Assembly: GCA_013239625.1 (NCBI GenBank) | Contig: MU053652.1 | Location: forward strand, 6,749,902 to 6,813,901 | Length of the DNA stretch: 64,000 nt | Source of the DNA: Lama guanicoe | Lineage: Eukaryota | Direction of reading: 5' to 3' | Part shown: positions 1 to 14,679 of the stretch, piece after piece | Layout: every line of letters starts with the position of its first letter | How positions within the stretch are numbered: position 1 is the stretch's first letter | The notes under the pieces: generated by a model | The model's input: the letters and a program-made list of their open reading frames with translations, nothing else | What the model was told of the DNA's origin: nothing | The model's database searches: none | Program-made: the position numbers and the translations under genes

Positions 1-527
1 CAGTTTAAAAGGTGACTATGAAAAATTTTTAAATGTAGATTTTCTTTTAATCCAAGGACATCTTATGAGCCAAATGCCTGTTGCCTATAGTTTATAAAGT
101 AAAAGTATCATGCATTTGGCATTTAGTACTTTATTCTTAATAACATACATTTCCTATTGTCAAAATATTCTATGAGAAACATCTTTATAGTTATGATTTT
201 ATAAGAAAGATTACTTTCTTTAGACAAATTATAAATGGTATTTCTAGGTATAAGGCTATGTAAGATTCTTATATTTTTCATATCTATGTCAAAATACTTT
301 GAATTATTTTAAGTGGAGATTTTTTAACAATATTCCTCTTATGATTATTTGTGACTATTTCCCTTCCAACTTATATATCAATACTGAAAATTAATATTTA
401 AAAATTGTTTTTCCCCTATGCTGGATGAAAATTGTATATTTTTATTATTTCAACTTGTATTTAAATTTTATTATTTTTAAATAGATACAATTTTCACAAC
501 ATTCAAAACATTAATATTGAAAGAACA

Positions 528-775
528 CTGTAACAGCTAACTATTGCTATGTAACAAAACATCCCAGAATGAAGAGGCTTAAAATAGCAGCCATTTATTT
601 ATATTTCATAATTTTCATGATATCTGAGCAGTCTGCTTGCTGATTTTGGCTAAATTAGACAGTCATAACTGGACTCACTCATGCATTTGTACACATTCGG
701 TGGCATCAGCCATCTTGTTACAATAGCCTTGGCTATGATAAATCAAATTTCTTCCACTTGTGTTTCACATCTGTA
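528..775 (-). mobile_element. MLT1-type (ERVL-MaLR) LTR fragment
   Basis: Typical reverse-complement MLT1 3' end: agctaactattgctatgtaacaaaac...ggcttaaaatagcagccatttattt. Confidence 0.65.
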
Positions 776-794
776 AAGACTTATTTGGTTTTTT

Positions 795-912
795 TCTTTG
801 TGTGTATATATATATACACACAATAATAATAAATATATATTTACTAAAGTATCGTCAGTTTACGATTTTGTATAAATTTCTGGTGGACAGCATAATGCTT
901 CAGTCATAAACA
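795..912 (-). mobile_element. Short L1 3' end (camelid/cetartiodactyl type) with TA-rich tail
   Basis: aagtatcgtcagtttacgattttgtataaatttctggtggacagcataatgcttcagtcata is the reverse complement of the L1 tail motif also seen near 32.2 kb. Confidence 0.6.
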
Positions 913-1114
913 TTTATTTGTTAATTGAATTTTTTTAATTCATTGATCACAGATTTTATCCTTACTTTTTCTATTTCTCGTAACTTTATCGATTTGTTCT
1001 TTAGATACTTTCGAGTTGAGGTTTTATTAATTTAATGTAGTTATTTTCATCCTTTTATATATATGTATGTATTCATATACACACACACATATATATTTAT
1101 GTGTTCATATATAC

Positions 1115-1301
1115 ATGCCTTCCCCGTAACTCAGCATGATATGTAAGCCTCAATGCCTGACTGCCTTTGAGAATCACATTTTTATGGGACTTTTGTATAT
1201 ATGAAATTTGTTTTCCTCCTATTTATGTCTGAATGTCAATTTAATTTTTAGACTGGCCAAAGAATCAAAAAGGGAAGAATGGAAAATTTCTCTGCCTGAC
1301 A
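1115..1301 (+). mobile_element. ERV1-class LTR 3' fragment (MER34-like)
   Basis: Ends with gtcaatttaatttttagactggccaaagaatc...ggaaaatttctctgcctgaca, a typical ERV1 LTR U5 end. Confidence 0.5.
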
Positions 1302-1814
1302 CATGAAAAGTAATTGAATGGATTATCGTGTACTAGAAAGGCCCTAAGTTCAGGAAATACGATTAAATATGAGATAAGTGCTTATATATGAGTAATTCAT
1401 AATGAAGATGTGACAGCTATCTTAATATCAATCTTCTAATAAAAATCTATAGGAAATACAGGTATAGACTTCTAAAAGAAATATGGAAGTATATTGGTGA
1501 TTAGAGAATTTATTTCTCTCCTCTCATCTCATGACAAGAGTAAGGAATGAGGCTGTATGGCTCAAATGCATAATGAATAAAGCAGAGTATATATAAAATG
1601 CATACAATTTCTTTTGAAGAACCCATGGAAAACTTACCAGAATTGACTATTAGATGACAGTGAAAATCTCTAAGTACTAAACGTGTAATTTGATTATACA
1701 ATCAGAAAATAAACAGCTTTTCTCATCTAGAAATTTAAGGGAAAAAGAAAATCTCTCTCTTAAAACAATCTGAGGCAAAGATGAAATCCAGATTTTAATT
1801 TCAGAATATCTATA

Positions 1815-2003
1815 AAGACACTGAGGCTGTGCAGACACACAGACCAGCTGCAATCAAAGAAGAGAAGTCTCAAAGGAAACCATTCATGGAGACACCTTGA
1901 TCTCAGCCATGTGGATTCCAGAACTGTGACAAAACAAAATTTCTGTTGTTTAAATCACCCAGGATGTGCTAAGTTGTTCTAGTACCCCCAGCAAACTGAT
2001 ACT
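1815..2003 (+). mobile_element. MLT1 LTR 3' half
   Basis: gacaccttgatctcagcc...ccagaactgtgacaaaacaaaatttctgttgtttaaatcaccc...cagcaaactgatac. Confidence 0.8.
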
Positions 2004-2164
2004 TACGGTCATACTTTAAAATTCATAATTTAATATAATTAACGAATCAATAAAATGGAATGCCTGAAAATTAGGGTGTACTCAAACTACTGATGTTGTG
2101 TTAGTTATAAATGGAGCAATCTTCTTTGGTCTATAGTCATTAAAACTAAAAATGTCAATTCATA

Positions 2165-2297
2165 TTTTTAACACCTTTGTTGTGGTATGATTCCTATACA
2201 GTAAACTACACATATTTCCAGAGATACAATGTGATGAATTTTGATAGATGTATACACCAGTGAAACCACCACCACAATCAAGATAACTAACATTTTT
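2165..2297 (-). mobile_element. Old L1M 3' end fragment
   Basis: tacaatgtgatgaattttgatagatgtatacaccagtgaaaccaccaccacaatcaagata motif. Confidence 0.7.
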
Positions 2298-3739
2298 AAA
2301 ATTTTCATTTTTTAAAAGAGGGTGCATTTATAAATATAAAAATTGGCTAACGTTTAATAACCATTGATAGTTTAACTGTGAAACACCTAAGCTACTATGT
2401 ATGACTACGTAGAAATTGTTTCTTATTTTAAGAAACGCATTTTTTTTCCAATTTGATATTTTTAAGGGTTCTGTATTCTTATTTTTAAAGGAAACTCATG
2501 AAGGGTTTGCTCAGGTGCTTCCATATGGAAAATTTAGTTATTTTTCACTGTCCTGAAGAATAATGCTGTAGAATTGAGGTCAGTGAAGTCACTTTGTCAA
2601 AGCTGAACCCTGAGCCTCAATCCAATGTCAGGAAGCACAAAGCATAACGGGACTCTGAGAGGAGCATCCTGGATCTGGCTTCTAGAAGAATCCATTCTGG
2701 GTCTCTGCAGTATCACCATTGACTCCCTCGCAAATGGAGGAAATGGACATCACTTCTACTCTTCCTACTCCACGCAAACTCCCTTTGTGGAGTGAGCAGC
2801 AGCACTAGGACTGTTTATAACAATGGTGAGCCCTGCAGTTTATCAACAACTGTTCCCAAGAAGAGGCATCATTTCAGTCGATGAAAATTCTTATAAAGAA
2901 TATCTGTGGTGGTGGTAATAAATCAAACAGCTAAAGAAAAATTAAACATGTAAAAGGATGATGGCAAGCTCAAACAGCTTGGCACATGCTTGTTTAGCAG
3001 ACAAAGGGACAGAGCTTAGAACTTGGCTGACTTTTTCTGTAGGAAGCCTCATGGGCTCTTCCCTTCAGCTAGTGCCTGAATGAGAGGAAAAGAGCAAGGC
3101 TGTGGAAAATGGTGGTCACTTTAAAACCTCAAGCTTTATCTTTTAAATATAAATCATCTCCCTTTTAGTTTATTGGGATAAAATACAGAGAGAGAAAATC
3201 ATCCTTTTTTGATGTTGATGACATGGGCCAATTCCTTGAAGGACTGCTACTGTAAGAAATTGTATGGAAGAACTCATCTGCCAACAAAAATTCCTACCAC
3301 GAACAATAATCATACTAAGAATATCTGTTATAATCCCTTACATTTGTGAAGAACATAACTAATGTGTCCATTGTGAGGCTCATTGATTTTTCTGCATCAA
3401 CCATCAGATCATCCCTCATTTACTTAAATATTCTGTCAGATTTAATAGTTCTCTTTTATTAATGAGTGTATTACTCTGCTGTCTCATCAGGAGAGCACAG
3501 GATGGAAAAAAACTAAATACGGTTTATATCTTTGTATTTCTACATCTTCCAAAATTGCTCAACAGAAGCTTAAATAAAGGTGTCTTCAATACCCATCTTC
3601 CTTACCTGCCTACCCATACCTATAACACACACATATACATACCCATCCCACAAATACATGTCTTATCTGCATACACACAACTCAGAGCTTTCCATACACT
3701 TACTTCAATAATGATGCAGCTAACAAGGGATCAACATAA

Positions 3740-6700
3740 TTGGTCTAGTCCAAATTGGAAAATATATTTAAACATTCATATGATAAAATCTATTTTAAAA
3801 TGCCATAGACACGTCAAGACAGAGAAAAAAAGAGAGAGAATAAACAAAATAGTAGTATGCTGACCAATTTACTAATGTTATAAATTACAGTATCTATAGA
3901 CAGTAACAATAACTGGATACCTTCCAACAAATACTCATCTGGCAAAACGTACAGCTAACAGTAAAGTCTTCCCTTAAGGTCAGGATCAAATACAAGGATA
4001 TCTTCTTTTATCAGTTTTATATAACATTTAACTTGATGGCCTAGCCAGTAAAATAAGGCAATAAAATAAGAATATATTTTTATTCTTAGTAAAGGAACTA
4101 GTAAAACTACCTATTCACAAATGACATAATTGTTTAATTAAAAAGTCTAAGGGCACATACAAAAACTTCTGGAATTAATAAGTGAGATTGGCAAGGCATA
4201 CAATTTAAGGACAAAAATTAATCACCTTCTTCCTATATTAGCATTAAATGATTAGAAAAATGAAAAAAAATCATTAAAATATCATTAAAATAAAATACTT
4301 AGGAATAGTCTTAACAAAGGATATGCAAAATATCTACAATGAAAGCTAAAATCAAAACAAAAGAAGTATTCCTGAGAAAAAAATTAAAGTTTTCAATAAA
4401 TGAAAATATATTTTATATTCATCATTAAAATAGTCAGCATTATCAAAATGTCCACTCTCCCTAGCATAATCTATAGATTCAAAGTAACTCAAATCATCAT
4501 CCCAGGATGTTTTTCAATAGAAATGGGCAAAGTAACTCTAAAATTCATATAGAAATGCAAAGGACCTAAGATGTTCTTCAAAAAGGAGAACAAAGTTGGA
4601 CATCAAGTATACAGTAAAATTATAGCAATCAAAATAGTGTAATATGCAATAAAGTAAACAAAGAAATAGAACAGAAATTGACACACATCAGTCGACTTTT
4701 TTAAAAAATGTCAGATAAATTCAATAGGGAAATGAAAGTTTCTTCATAAGCGGTGCTAGAAATCCTGGATATCCATTTGGAAAAAAAGATATAAGAAATA
4801 AACCACATCCTTACCTCATATCATATGTAAATTAGTGTGAGATAGACCACTGATTTACACATAAAAGCTAAATATATAAAGCTTCTAGAAGAGAACAAAC
4901 AAGAATAAAGTCATGAACTGGCAGTAGGCAAAGCTTTGAAATAACCTAAAAGACACAACTGAAAAGTTAAACTACATAAGGATTAAATATTTCCTTTCAT
5001 CAAAATACACTATTACAAAAATAATGAGGCATGAACTGAGCGAAAAAATTGGCAAAATATATACCTGGTGAAGAACTTTTGTCACATACAATCAAATCCT
5101 CTTAATTCAATAATTAAATGATAAAAAATACAACAGGAAAATGATCAAAAGACTTGAACACACATTTCCCAAAGTGAGATAAAGGAAGGACCAATAATCA
5201 CATCAACATAAATTAAATCAGGAAAACGTGAATTAAAGCAAGAATAAGGCACCAGTACACAAATATCGGAAGGGCAAGAATGAAAAAGACTTGCATCAAA
5301 AGTCAGTGAGGGTGTGACACAAATCTAACGCTCCTATGTTGCTGGGGAGCAGTTACTAATAGAAGTAAATATACAACTAACCTATGATGTAGAAAATACT
5401 CTCCTAAATACTCATCCAAGTGAAATAAAGATAGAAGCCCACGAAAACACTTATGCATGAAAGTTTGTAACAATTCACCTATAATATTATAATATTCCTA
5501 AACTTAATATTACACTAACGTCCAACCACAGAAGAATGGACATCTTATTGTGCTGTATTCATACAATGGGATGTTACTCAATAGTAAAAATTAGCAAGCT
5601 GCTGATACATGAAACAAAATGGATGATTCTAAAAGACTTTATGATGTGTGAAATAGCTGGGAACAAGAAAACATATTGCGTATTTTCATTCAGACGAATT
5701 TCTAGGATGGATAAAAGGAATCTGTGGTGAAGAAAAAAATTTTAAATGGTCGCCTCTGAAGAGATGTTTGGCAGAGACAGGAAACAAAGAAATTTTCTTG
5801 GGTGAGCAAATATTTTATATTTGGTTACGAATTGTACAGGTCTATTTGAGAAAAATAAGAAAATACATATTAGACCTTTTATTTTAGTGTATTTAAATTT
5901 TATGTCACAGTAAATCTCAGCAAACATTGAACTTTAATTAGTAGGCAAGATGATCACAATTTTTGTTATGAATTCTGATGCACTTTCTTTGTATTCTGGG
6001 GTTGAGAAAACATATAAACATATTGTGGATAACGGAAGCCAGATTTATCATTACTCACAAAGAGAGTTACACATAGAGAAAACCAGAAGGCTAGATTGCA
6101 CCATGTGTTCCATGTTCCATGGATTAGAACTGGTGGTACATTTGTGTTAGGTTCATTTGAAAAAAACAGATATAGAAATGAATATATATGTGTGAGCTAT
6201 TTATTTTTATTTTTTTAATTCCTAGTTTTGTCTGCCTTATTTGTCCAGAAAAAATGACCACATCTAGCTAAGATCTTGGTTTCTAAATATAATCCTTTAT
6301 TATGAAAAATAGGCTCCTTGGATAAAAGATTGGGACCAGGAAGACAAGACAGGCCTGGAGCATCTTGTGATATCAGAAAACAAGAAAGTGCTCCAACGGT
6401 GAGAAGTACATTAAAAAGGCCACAAGGATTAGCTTGGTGGGACTCCCACTGGCCAAAAGGAAGACATTCTGAGCAGTAAAATAATGATAATAACCAATTA
6501 TAACTCACTGCATAAAATTATCTATGAGCTCAAGCTGTCATAAATAAATGAGTAAATAAATAATTGGAAGAAAAGGGAAAACTCAGCAAGACGCTACTTA
6601 ACATCTACAGCTGAAATGATTAAGCTATAATATTAATTAAAGGAAGTTAAAAACTCTTGGATGAAATTTGTAATCTGAGTCACTCTAAAAATGATTATTA

Positions 6701-7050
6701 ATTTCAAATGGGGAAAACAGACTTGATTATAAAGAACATTAGTGGATGCCACTGTAATCAGCCAAAGTTAATATAACTAAATATTCAGACAAATGTACAT
6801 CATATGTTGTCTGATATGCTGCAATAAGAGTGACATAACTTCAGGTATGTTCTTTCCCTACCAAAAACGCATAGCTTGGAATGTAATGAGTGACAGAGAC
6901 AAAGACAGAGACAGGGACAGAGAATGAATAAACAAAAAGGCAAATGAGGTAAAATTTTAGCAATGTACATAAACATTGTACAAGGGCTCACTGTTGTGTT
7001 GCAATTTTTTTTAAGTGTGAAGTCTTATGAAAATAGGAAGTTATAAAATA
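3740..7050 (+). mobile_element. Decayed L1M element(s): ORF2 3' part plus 3' UTR pieces
   Basis: A-rich strand with recognisable ORF2 remnants (cttcccttaaggtcaggatcaaatacaaggat; atctatagattcaaag; aaaattcatatagaaatgcaaaggacc; aaaagacttgaacacacatttc) and L1MC/ME-like 3' UTR. No open frame. Confidence 0.85.
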
Positions 7051-9737
7051 CATCTTAGCCTTTGTTTTTATGAAACTTAAATTCTTTAGGGGTGAGACAA
7101 AGAAAAGAGAAATAAATAAGTGAATAAATTATACCATTTTATTGAGAGAGAGAAAAATGCGAGTGGTGTCCTAAAAGAAAGAAATTGTTCTAACTAGGTT
7201 GATATATTTCATTTTAGGGATGATTTGGTTTGTAAACCTTAATGTTGAATATATTACACATAGTTGCTGTTGGGTAAAACTTAACTGAATTAAATGACAT
7301 AAGCTAGTGTGTCCTAATATTCTAGAAATCATTAATAGAGTTTTGACTGAGTCAGGGAAGCATGTCAGGGCACCACTCTAAAAAATACAAATATACTGCA
7401 TTCAGAATGGGTGCTGTACCACTCTCTCCCAATTAATTTGCTTCCCTGTATACTGACCTAGAAAGACTACCTCGAGTTTTACAGAAACCATACATTTTGC
7501 GTAATAATGAAAATTTTGCAGAAACTTAGGCAAAGACTATTTGTTCCCAGCCATCCCTAGGTGGTACAGGTCCCTACTTAAACCAGATCACGTCATTTAG
7601 TTTCACTTATTTCTTCTCACTGAACACTTAAAATAAAATGACCATATAAGAATTTGGTTTTGGAAAATATATGACCATCCAGTTTAACTTGCCAACTGTT
7701 GGTTAAAATATAATAAAGGGAAATGGGCTTAGAAAAGATTGTTTATAAATAGGGGTATAAATAGATGTTTAGGTATAGCTACAGAAGTGAAATACACAAA
7801 TATAGATAAAATCAGGGTCTTTATGTGCACATATATTAGTTCAATTTTAGCTTTTAAATTTTATATAGACTAAAAATATCAAAAACTATTAAAGAATGAA
7901 ATAATTGAAGAACTAAAAAGAACAATGTGAAAGGCAGGACCTCTCAAATTAAATCATATTTCTTGTAAGAAAGCGGCATTTCTACCATTCCATTAATGAT
8001 ATTATTGCCAATCAATTCTTCCCCCTCACTTTGTTTTCCTGCTAGGAGGAAAAAAAAAAACTGTTAACATTGCAAGGGGTGAGAGATTGTGTTCTTAACC
8101 AAAATTGTACTTTATTTTAATAAGTTAAATGATATGGAGCTGAAATTGAGGCCCAAGTGTATTAAATGATGAATAAATTATCATCTGAAAGGTGAAAATG
8201 TAGTGTATTACATTTATCAAAACCAGCGAACAGGGTGCTTACTTGCTTTAATTTCTACCTATTCAGCATCATGAATTGGGAAGCTATGTCAATTTAACAT
8301 TTTTTTAAATTGATTCTCAATTCCACTGTCTTTCCTTTTATTATTTTTGACTATTGGAGGATGCAAATAGAAATATCTATTCCATATAAAAGAGGAAAAA
8401 AAACTATTAAAAGGAAAACTCATTTAGTATTTTGGTTTTAGGTCATTTATTTCTCCATGCAAAAGAAGTTGAACAATCCTATTTGAGAGAATATTATCCT
8501 GCAATAAAGCAATCAGATTTTTTAAAAAATCAAGATATAAATAAATTACAACTAACCCATAGCCATTCAAATGTTCACTTTTTGTAATTCCTTTTTAAGT
8601 GTATGCTTGTGGAATTATTACAAAGTTTCACAGACTTTCATCTAAAGTATTTAAGATTTGGAAACTGTATTCAAAATACAGCAGCAAATGTAGATTCAGA
8701 ATATAATTTAGGAACAAATTACTGTTCTATAAAAATAATGAATCTATTGCATTGTTAACTTCAAAAACTTCATGTTTACCTAAAAAAAAATTCCTTCTCT
8801 ACTAAAGGATATCAAAAGGAAGGATAAATCTTAAATCCAGTCAGAGTACAAAAGAATAAATTGTAATATGTTATCAGCATTTCTCAACTTCCTGTGGCTG
8901 TTTCCTATAGCTCTATTGTTTACATTTTTTCATTAAAGTTTTTGATTTAATTACATATGTTTTCACATAGTTTGAAATATAAACTAAGCTTAATTTGGAA
9001 AAGTAAAATCTTTCTGTTTCCTATGTATTAAATTTAATATCATGATAGTAAATGGGATTTTGATATAGATATTGCCAATGAGGGAAAACATTTTGTTAGG
9101 CTGGGGATGAGAAATAAAGTGGGAACCTATTCCAGCGAAGATAACTTCAAAGTTTTCCCGGACACAAATAGTGTGCCCAGGTGACCATGTCTTAGTAAGT
9201 AAAGTGGATTCGATTTGCCATGCCTGCTAGTTCCATGTTTGCTTTCCTTGGAGGAGCTGTGACAGACAGTACATGGCCTGTGGGGGATTGTTCATACCCT
9301 CCCATTGGTGATACCTGTCAGTGTATCTTGTTCCTGTTCTCTGGCTTGACAGGAATTCTGCTTCAGGGTTGAGAATGGTTGAGAACCTAGCCCATTTATG
9401 CCTGTCAGCCTTGTTGACAGGGGGATGCTGGAGCTGCCCTCTTCAGTGCCATCTGGTTCAGCTACTAGACACACCAGAATAGGGGTTTTCTTTTCCAATG
9501 AACAAAGGGAAGCCCATGACTCAAAACTGTGACACTTTAACTACTGCCATCAAATCTGGTTTGTTGCTTGAACAGATTGTCCCTCCAACCACTCCTGGTT
9601 TAGATCAGTACTTAACCAGTATGCAAATCCAAATTAACCCTCTTGGTGCAAGAATTCTGAGCATTTCACCATACACCAGGCATCAACATACCCATGGTTA
9701 AAAGAATCCTCCCAAACTCACCCCATTATTAAACTCC

Positions 9738-10094
9738 TGTCTTAGTCAGTTTGGGCTTCTAAGACAAAATACCATAAACTGGGTGACTTAAACAAGAGAC
9801 ACATTTCTCAGTGTTCTGGAAGCTGGGAAGTCTAAGGTCAAGGCAACAACTGATTTGGTTCCTGGTAAATCCTCTTCCGGATTTGCAGGTGGCAATCGTC
9901 TTGTCCTATCCTCACTTGGTAAAGAGAGAGAAGCTCTATTCTTTATCTTCTCTTATAAGGTCACTAATCCCATCCTCATGATCTCATCAAACCCTAATTA
10001 CCTTCCAAAGGCCCCACCTCCTAATATCATCACACTGGGGATTGGGGTTCCAACATATGAATTTGGGGGGGACAAAAACATTCAGTCCATAGCA
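9738..10094 (-). mobile_element. MLT1A-like solo LTR, near full length
   Basis: Begins tgtcttagtcagtttgggct...ataccataaactgggtgacttaaacaa and ends ggggggacaaaaacattcagtccatagca. Confidence 0.9.
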
Positions 10095-10369
10095 CCCCAT
10101 GCCTCATTTTAAACCACTCATCTCTTAAATACTGACATTAGTGTTTAACATATATAATTTATTTCATGTAAGGATATTAATTATTGGATCATGGCAATTC
10201 AAATTCAGTTCCTGTATAACAAGCTATTATCTTATTTGAGTTCAGTTGCATAAGCAGCATTTTAAAAAAATACTCAATTATAAACACTGTGGCAGAGTTG
10301 ATTATCCTCTAGTTTTTATCACCTTCACAAAGTGTATATTACAATATAGCCTGTCTTATAATAAATTTG

Positions 10370-10530
10370 CATGTTGTTAACATGTCAATTTCCCTATTAC
10401 ACCAGGAGCTACTTGAAGGCAAAAAACTTGACTTATTAATCTTTCACTACTTCATTTTTGGCAATTTATGGAACATAGTAGGCACCCAGTAAATGCTTTT
10501 GGTGTTGAATGAACATACAAATGATCAAAT
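10370..10530 (+). mobile_element. L2 3' end fragment
   Basis: gagctacttgaaggca...ggaacatagtaggcacccagtaaatgcttttggtgttgaatgaa. Confidence 0.65.
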
Positions 10531-12619
10531 ATATAATGTGTGAAAAGCAAAATATGGAACTTATCATAATACATTTATCATTTAATTATATGAGCCATAG
10601 TTGAGGTTTTGTAGAATTTATCTTAACATTTGGACGGCAAAGACTCAAAGGATAGCAGGGAAAATGAGAACAGTGTGATCTGTTAGAGGTGGTAAAAATA
10701 AGTTTTCCTATGTTTTTGATTTCTGTTCATAGGATTGTTGTATTATTTTGGCAATGAACAATATATAAGAGAAATGCTATGAGCATTAACATGAGACATA
10801 ATGAGTTCCATGTCTATATTATGTAGCTGTTTCCATTTTGCCAGCGTCAGTTCCATGTGATTTTTCCCCATGATCACTCTAACCAACGAAATGGTAACTA
10901 CCTAAAGGACATATGAATATTCTGATTTTAAGACATTATGCTTTCCTGTGTATGCACATAATTTTTCAATTAAATTTGGAAGTTCTACAACGTTTACCTA
11001 TAAAGATATAGACATAGTATGTTTTGCAATGTTGTGGTTTGAAGATAAGCACCTTTATCTTTAAAGATACACGCCTCATATGATTTCACCTTAATGTGAT
11101 ATGTAAGAGTGCTTATTTTTAAAACTATATACATTTCTTAGAATTATTTTACATAATCATAATGTAATATTGCATTGCACCACAATATATTAGGGGTAAG
11201 AATTCAATAAACCAACTAACTAGAAAAAAGGCTATCATGATTGAAAGATTTTACTTGGCTTACTGAAATTGTGACAGCTACTCTATTTTGAGAGCTGTAC
11301 TGGGGAAGAAGGAAGGTGGGAATAGGAAAAATTCAGGGAAGAGACACGAAATTATAATTCCACAATGACATACACACCCATGGGTCCTAAAATTAAATCA
11401 CATTCTGTGGCAAGCAAGTAAAACTTTTTCTTTCAAGGGTCCTATGTTTTAACTCAATTGGTATCATATTTAAGAAGAAGGAAACTATTGATCTGCTTGT
11501 AGAGAAGCACATGATTGAAAATACATGCTAACAGTTTACTAAATGTTGAGATCTAGTATAATGACATATGTTATTCTAACCCCTAGCTCTCCTGCAGTAT
11601 AACCTGAAGTATAACCCTACATTTATTTTTGAGATAAGAATTACGTAAACAGAATCTCCTCCAAATAATGTAACCCTGTGACTAAAAAGGAGAATGAAGT
11701 ACTAGGCTTTTTAATCCAAATGCTCCTGCTTTATACTGATATCTTTCTTCTTCACACATTTTATAATGACTTTTTACTTCCAATAGCAGGATATATATTT
11801 AGCATTAAAACTAAAATATGTATATTTTATATATGCTATATAATTACTTAATATACAACATATATCTATTAACATACAATGTAATACATAACAAATGTAT
11901 AGTTTGGCATTAAAATTAAATAGTTTAGCATTCAAAATTACAGTTCATTAATGTCTATTTATAAATGTTTAGCTCCTTAATAAATAGTGCTAAATAATGA
12001 ACTGTGGCGAAATAGAGAATATTGTCTTCTTTATTCTTTTTCAACCCCACTGATAATTTCAAACTCCCAACTGAGCCACTCTCAAGATACTATTTCAATA
12101 ATCAGAAGAGCAATGACAGTTTAAGGACAATTTTGATCAACTGCCTGATAAAGTAATAGGGAATTACAATAAATGTTCATGCATGCTGATAAACTCCCTC
12201 AGGCTACCCAGCTCCCACTTCACATAGATTGTGAAGGTATCAACACTGCACCACAAGATGTGCTTGGAGTGATTTCATGGCCCTGTCCCAACAGCAGCTA
12301 TCATGCTGCACAGGGGTTACTATGCCAGGAAGACTAATAAAAAAGGCAAAGTGATTGGAGTGCTCAGTCCAGAAAGTGGTGAGTGGATGTTCATGATTAT
12401 TCACTGGAACTTGCAAACAACATATTATGGAAATTTTAACTTCTTTGTGTGAAAAATATATAATATGAGACAAAATAGCACATAACATAGAAATCTGCTA
12501 AAACAAAGGGAAAGATCTCCTTAATTTCTTTTACTTCTATGATCTTAGCATTGTTTGAACTTCTTGTCAATTTCTTGAACCACACATTTATCAGTTAATC
12601 AATGACGAAGCAGATATTC

Positions 12620-14230
12620 AGTATTAGTTCATTCAGTTCTATTTTGTTGAGTACCAACTATTGTTTTAGCTATTGAATAAGTTACTCGACAATGAAAAAA
12701 TCAAGAAACAGACAATCCTTGCCCTAATGAACCTTACAATAAACCATAAGTAATTAGAAATAAAACGAATCCTATAATATGTCAGGGTTTGATTAGTTAT
12801 ATGAAGACAATGGAACAAGATAAAAGGCCAAAAAGAGTGATCCAATGTGGGTGTGCTATTTTATAAGAGATAATCAGGAAAGACCTCTTTGGTAAGGTGT
12901 TATAGAAGAGAAACCTGAAGCACATGACATTAGCCAAGTGGACACTGAGTGGGAGAAAAACAGCAATAAAGCCAGAGAAACCTGAGCAGTCTGAGTGGGA
13001 ATGGGGTAGAAGGCATTGTCAGGGGCCAATGACTTAGGGTTTCATAGGTCAGGATAAAAACACTGAATTTTACTTCAAATGAGACGAGAAATCATGAGAA
13101 TCTTATATTAAAAGACTGACTTTGATTTTTAAAAGATTGTCTGGCATTGGAGTGGAGAAAATAAGAATGAGTAAAGTTGCAGCAAGGAAACAAGTCAGCA
13201 TTCTAGTCCAATAGTTCAAGCAAAATATGATAGTGCCCTAAACCAGGTGGGTAATAGTGTGTGACATGTCTATTGGAAGCCCAAGGGAGAGGCTGAATAG
13301 GCAGTTAGCTTTGTTGCTGAAAATTCTGAAGCTTGCAACAAGGTCCACGCTCTAGATGTGAATTTGGAAGATTCCAGAGTAGAGATCATGTCTTAATCCG
13401 AGTTGCAACAAAAGCCAATTATTTGTAGTAATTCACTTTATGAGGGGGCCTCTGGAAGTAGAGGTGGCAATGAGAATGCAGGCATAGTGAGACAGAGAGG
13501 GAGAAAACTCCAAAGTAAATGTGCATTGTTGAGGTTGTTCTTGCAAGGATTGGGGTTTGATTCCACAAGAACCTCTGGAGAAATGTACAGATATTTCCCG
13601 GAAATTTCCACCTCAAAGATGGAAGGCTGGGGAATTTAATTTTTAGTTCCTGTTCTCCATCATTATTTGAGAGTTGTATCTAGAAGACTTAAATCACCCT
13701 AGAAATCCAGCTACTCTTTCCCTGGGTCAAACATATTCCTGAAGATCTGCAGAAGAAAACGGGTATATGCTTAGAGCAGGATTGAGGTGGAATCACTGTC
13801 ACCGTAAGATAATTCTTGGCTTGCGTGGAACTATCCACAATAGATAAGTCTGAAATTTAGAGGTGGCCTGCGGGAACATGGCACAGGACACCAGAGACAT
13901 CCACTATAGATGCTATATAAATCCAGGTCGAGATGGGATAAGATTCTCTCAGGACTAAACAGAATTAGAGGATAATCAGAGAAGAATTCCCTGAAGAAAG
14001 TGGATCCTCTCAATATTTGAGGTTTGGAAAAGTACAAAAGCAAACAAACAAAAACAACAAAACAACAAAAAGGACTGAAAAGGAACCACCAGTTAAATAA
14101 AGAGAATCGAGAATGGGTGATATCTTGAAAGCCAAGAAAACAAATTAAGAAAGCATTAGTTTTAAAAAGAGTCTTATTCTGCCAATAGATACACTAAGGG
14201 TTGAGAATTCATTATTGGATTTGTCAATCT
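12620..14230 (-). mobile_element. L2 (LINE2) remnant interrupted by an LTR at about 13390-13830
   Basis: attcattcagttctattttgttgagtaccaactat start, purine-rich L2 reverse-strand texture, resumes after the LTR. Confidence 0.7.
13388..13830. mobile_element. Old ERVL/MaLR-class LTR nested in L2
   Basis: Starts tgtcttaatccgagttgcaacaaaagcc, distinct composition, splits the L2. Family not resolved. Confidence 0.45.
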
Positions 14231-14605
14231 CTTTCTGGATTTACATTTCAAACAAATCTTTCTCTATCTTTCTACCTCTAGAAATACCCACTACAGAATA
14301 CAGTCCAAATTATACCTTCAAAGCATAAACATGATCATATCCTCCTCTGATGAAATCCTATAATGATTGTTTATTTTCCTAATGTCTACTTCCTTTGGGC
14401 CAAATTCCTTAATATTGTAACAAGTCTCCTCAGGGCTTAGTCTCTCACTCTCTTTCACAACTTAAAATTTACTTGCAGTTGCCCTAATGTATGATGCTGC
14501 ACCTAGTCTCTAAGAGAGTATTCATTTTGCTTTCTCTTTGCCTGCAACGCCCTTCAATCAATCCACCCTCCTTGGACTGAGTTAACTCCTCCTGTTCTGT
14601 AAAAT

Positions 14606-14679
14606 TGTGTGAGTGGGTGGCGCGCACGCACGCGTGTATGTGTGTGCGTGTGTGAGAGAGGGAGAGAGAGAGAGAGAGA
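14606..14679. repeat. Compound (GT/GC)n-(GA)n microsatellite
   Basis: tgtgtgagtgggtggcgcgcacgcacgcgtgtatgtgtgtgcgtgtgtgagagagggagagagagagagagaga. Confidence 0.9.

Noticed and set aside
3462..3863. 133-aa plus-strand ORF
   Set aside because: Spans L2-like, low-complexity CA-rich and L1 sequence; no protein-like composition.
9150..9500. GC-richer block, possibly ERVL/MaLR internal sequence
   Set aside because: Could not recognise a diagnostic motif, so left unannotated.
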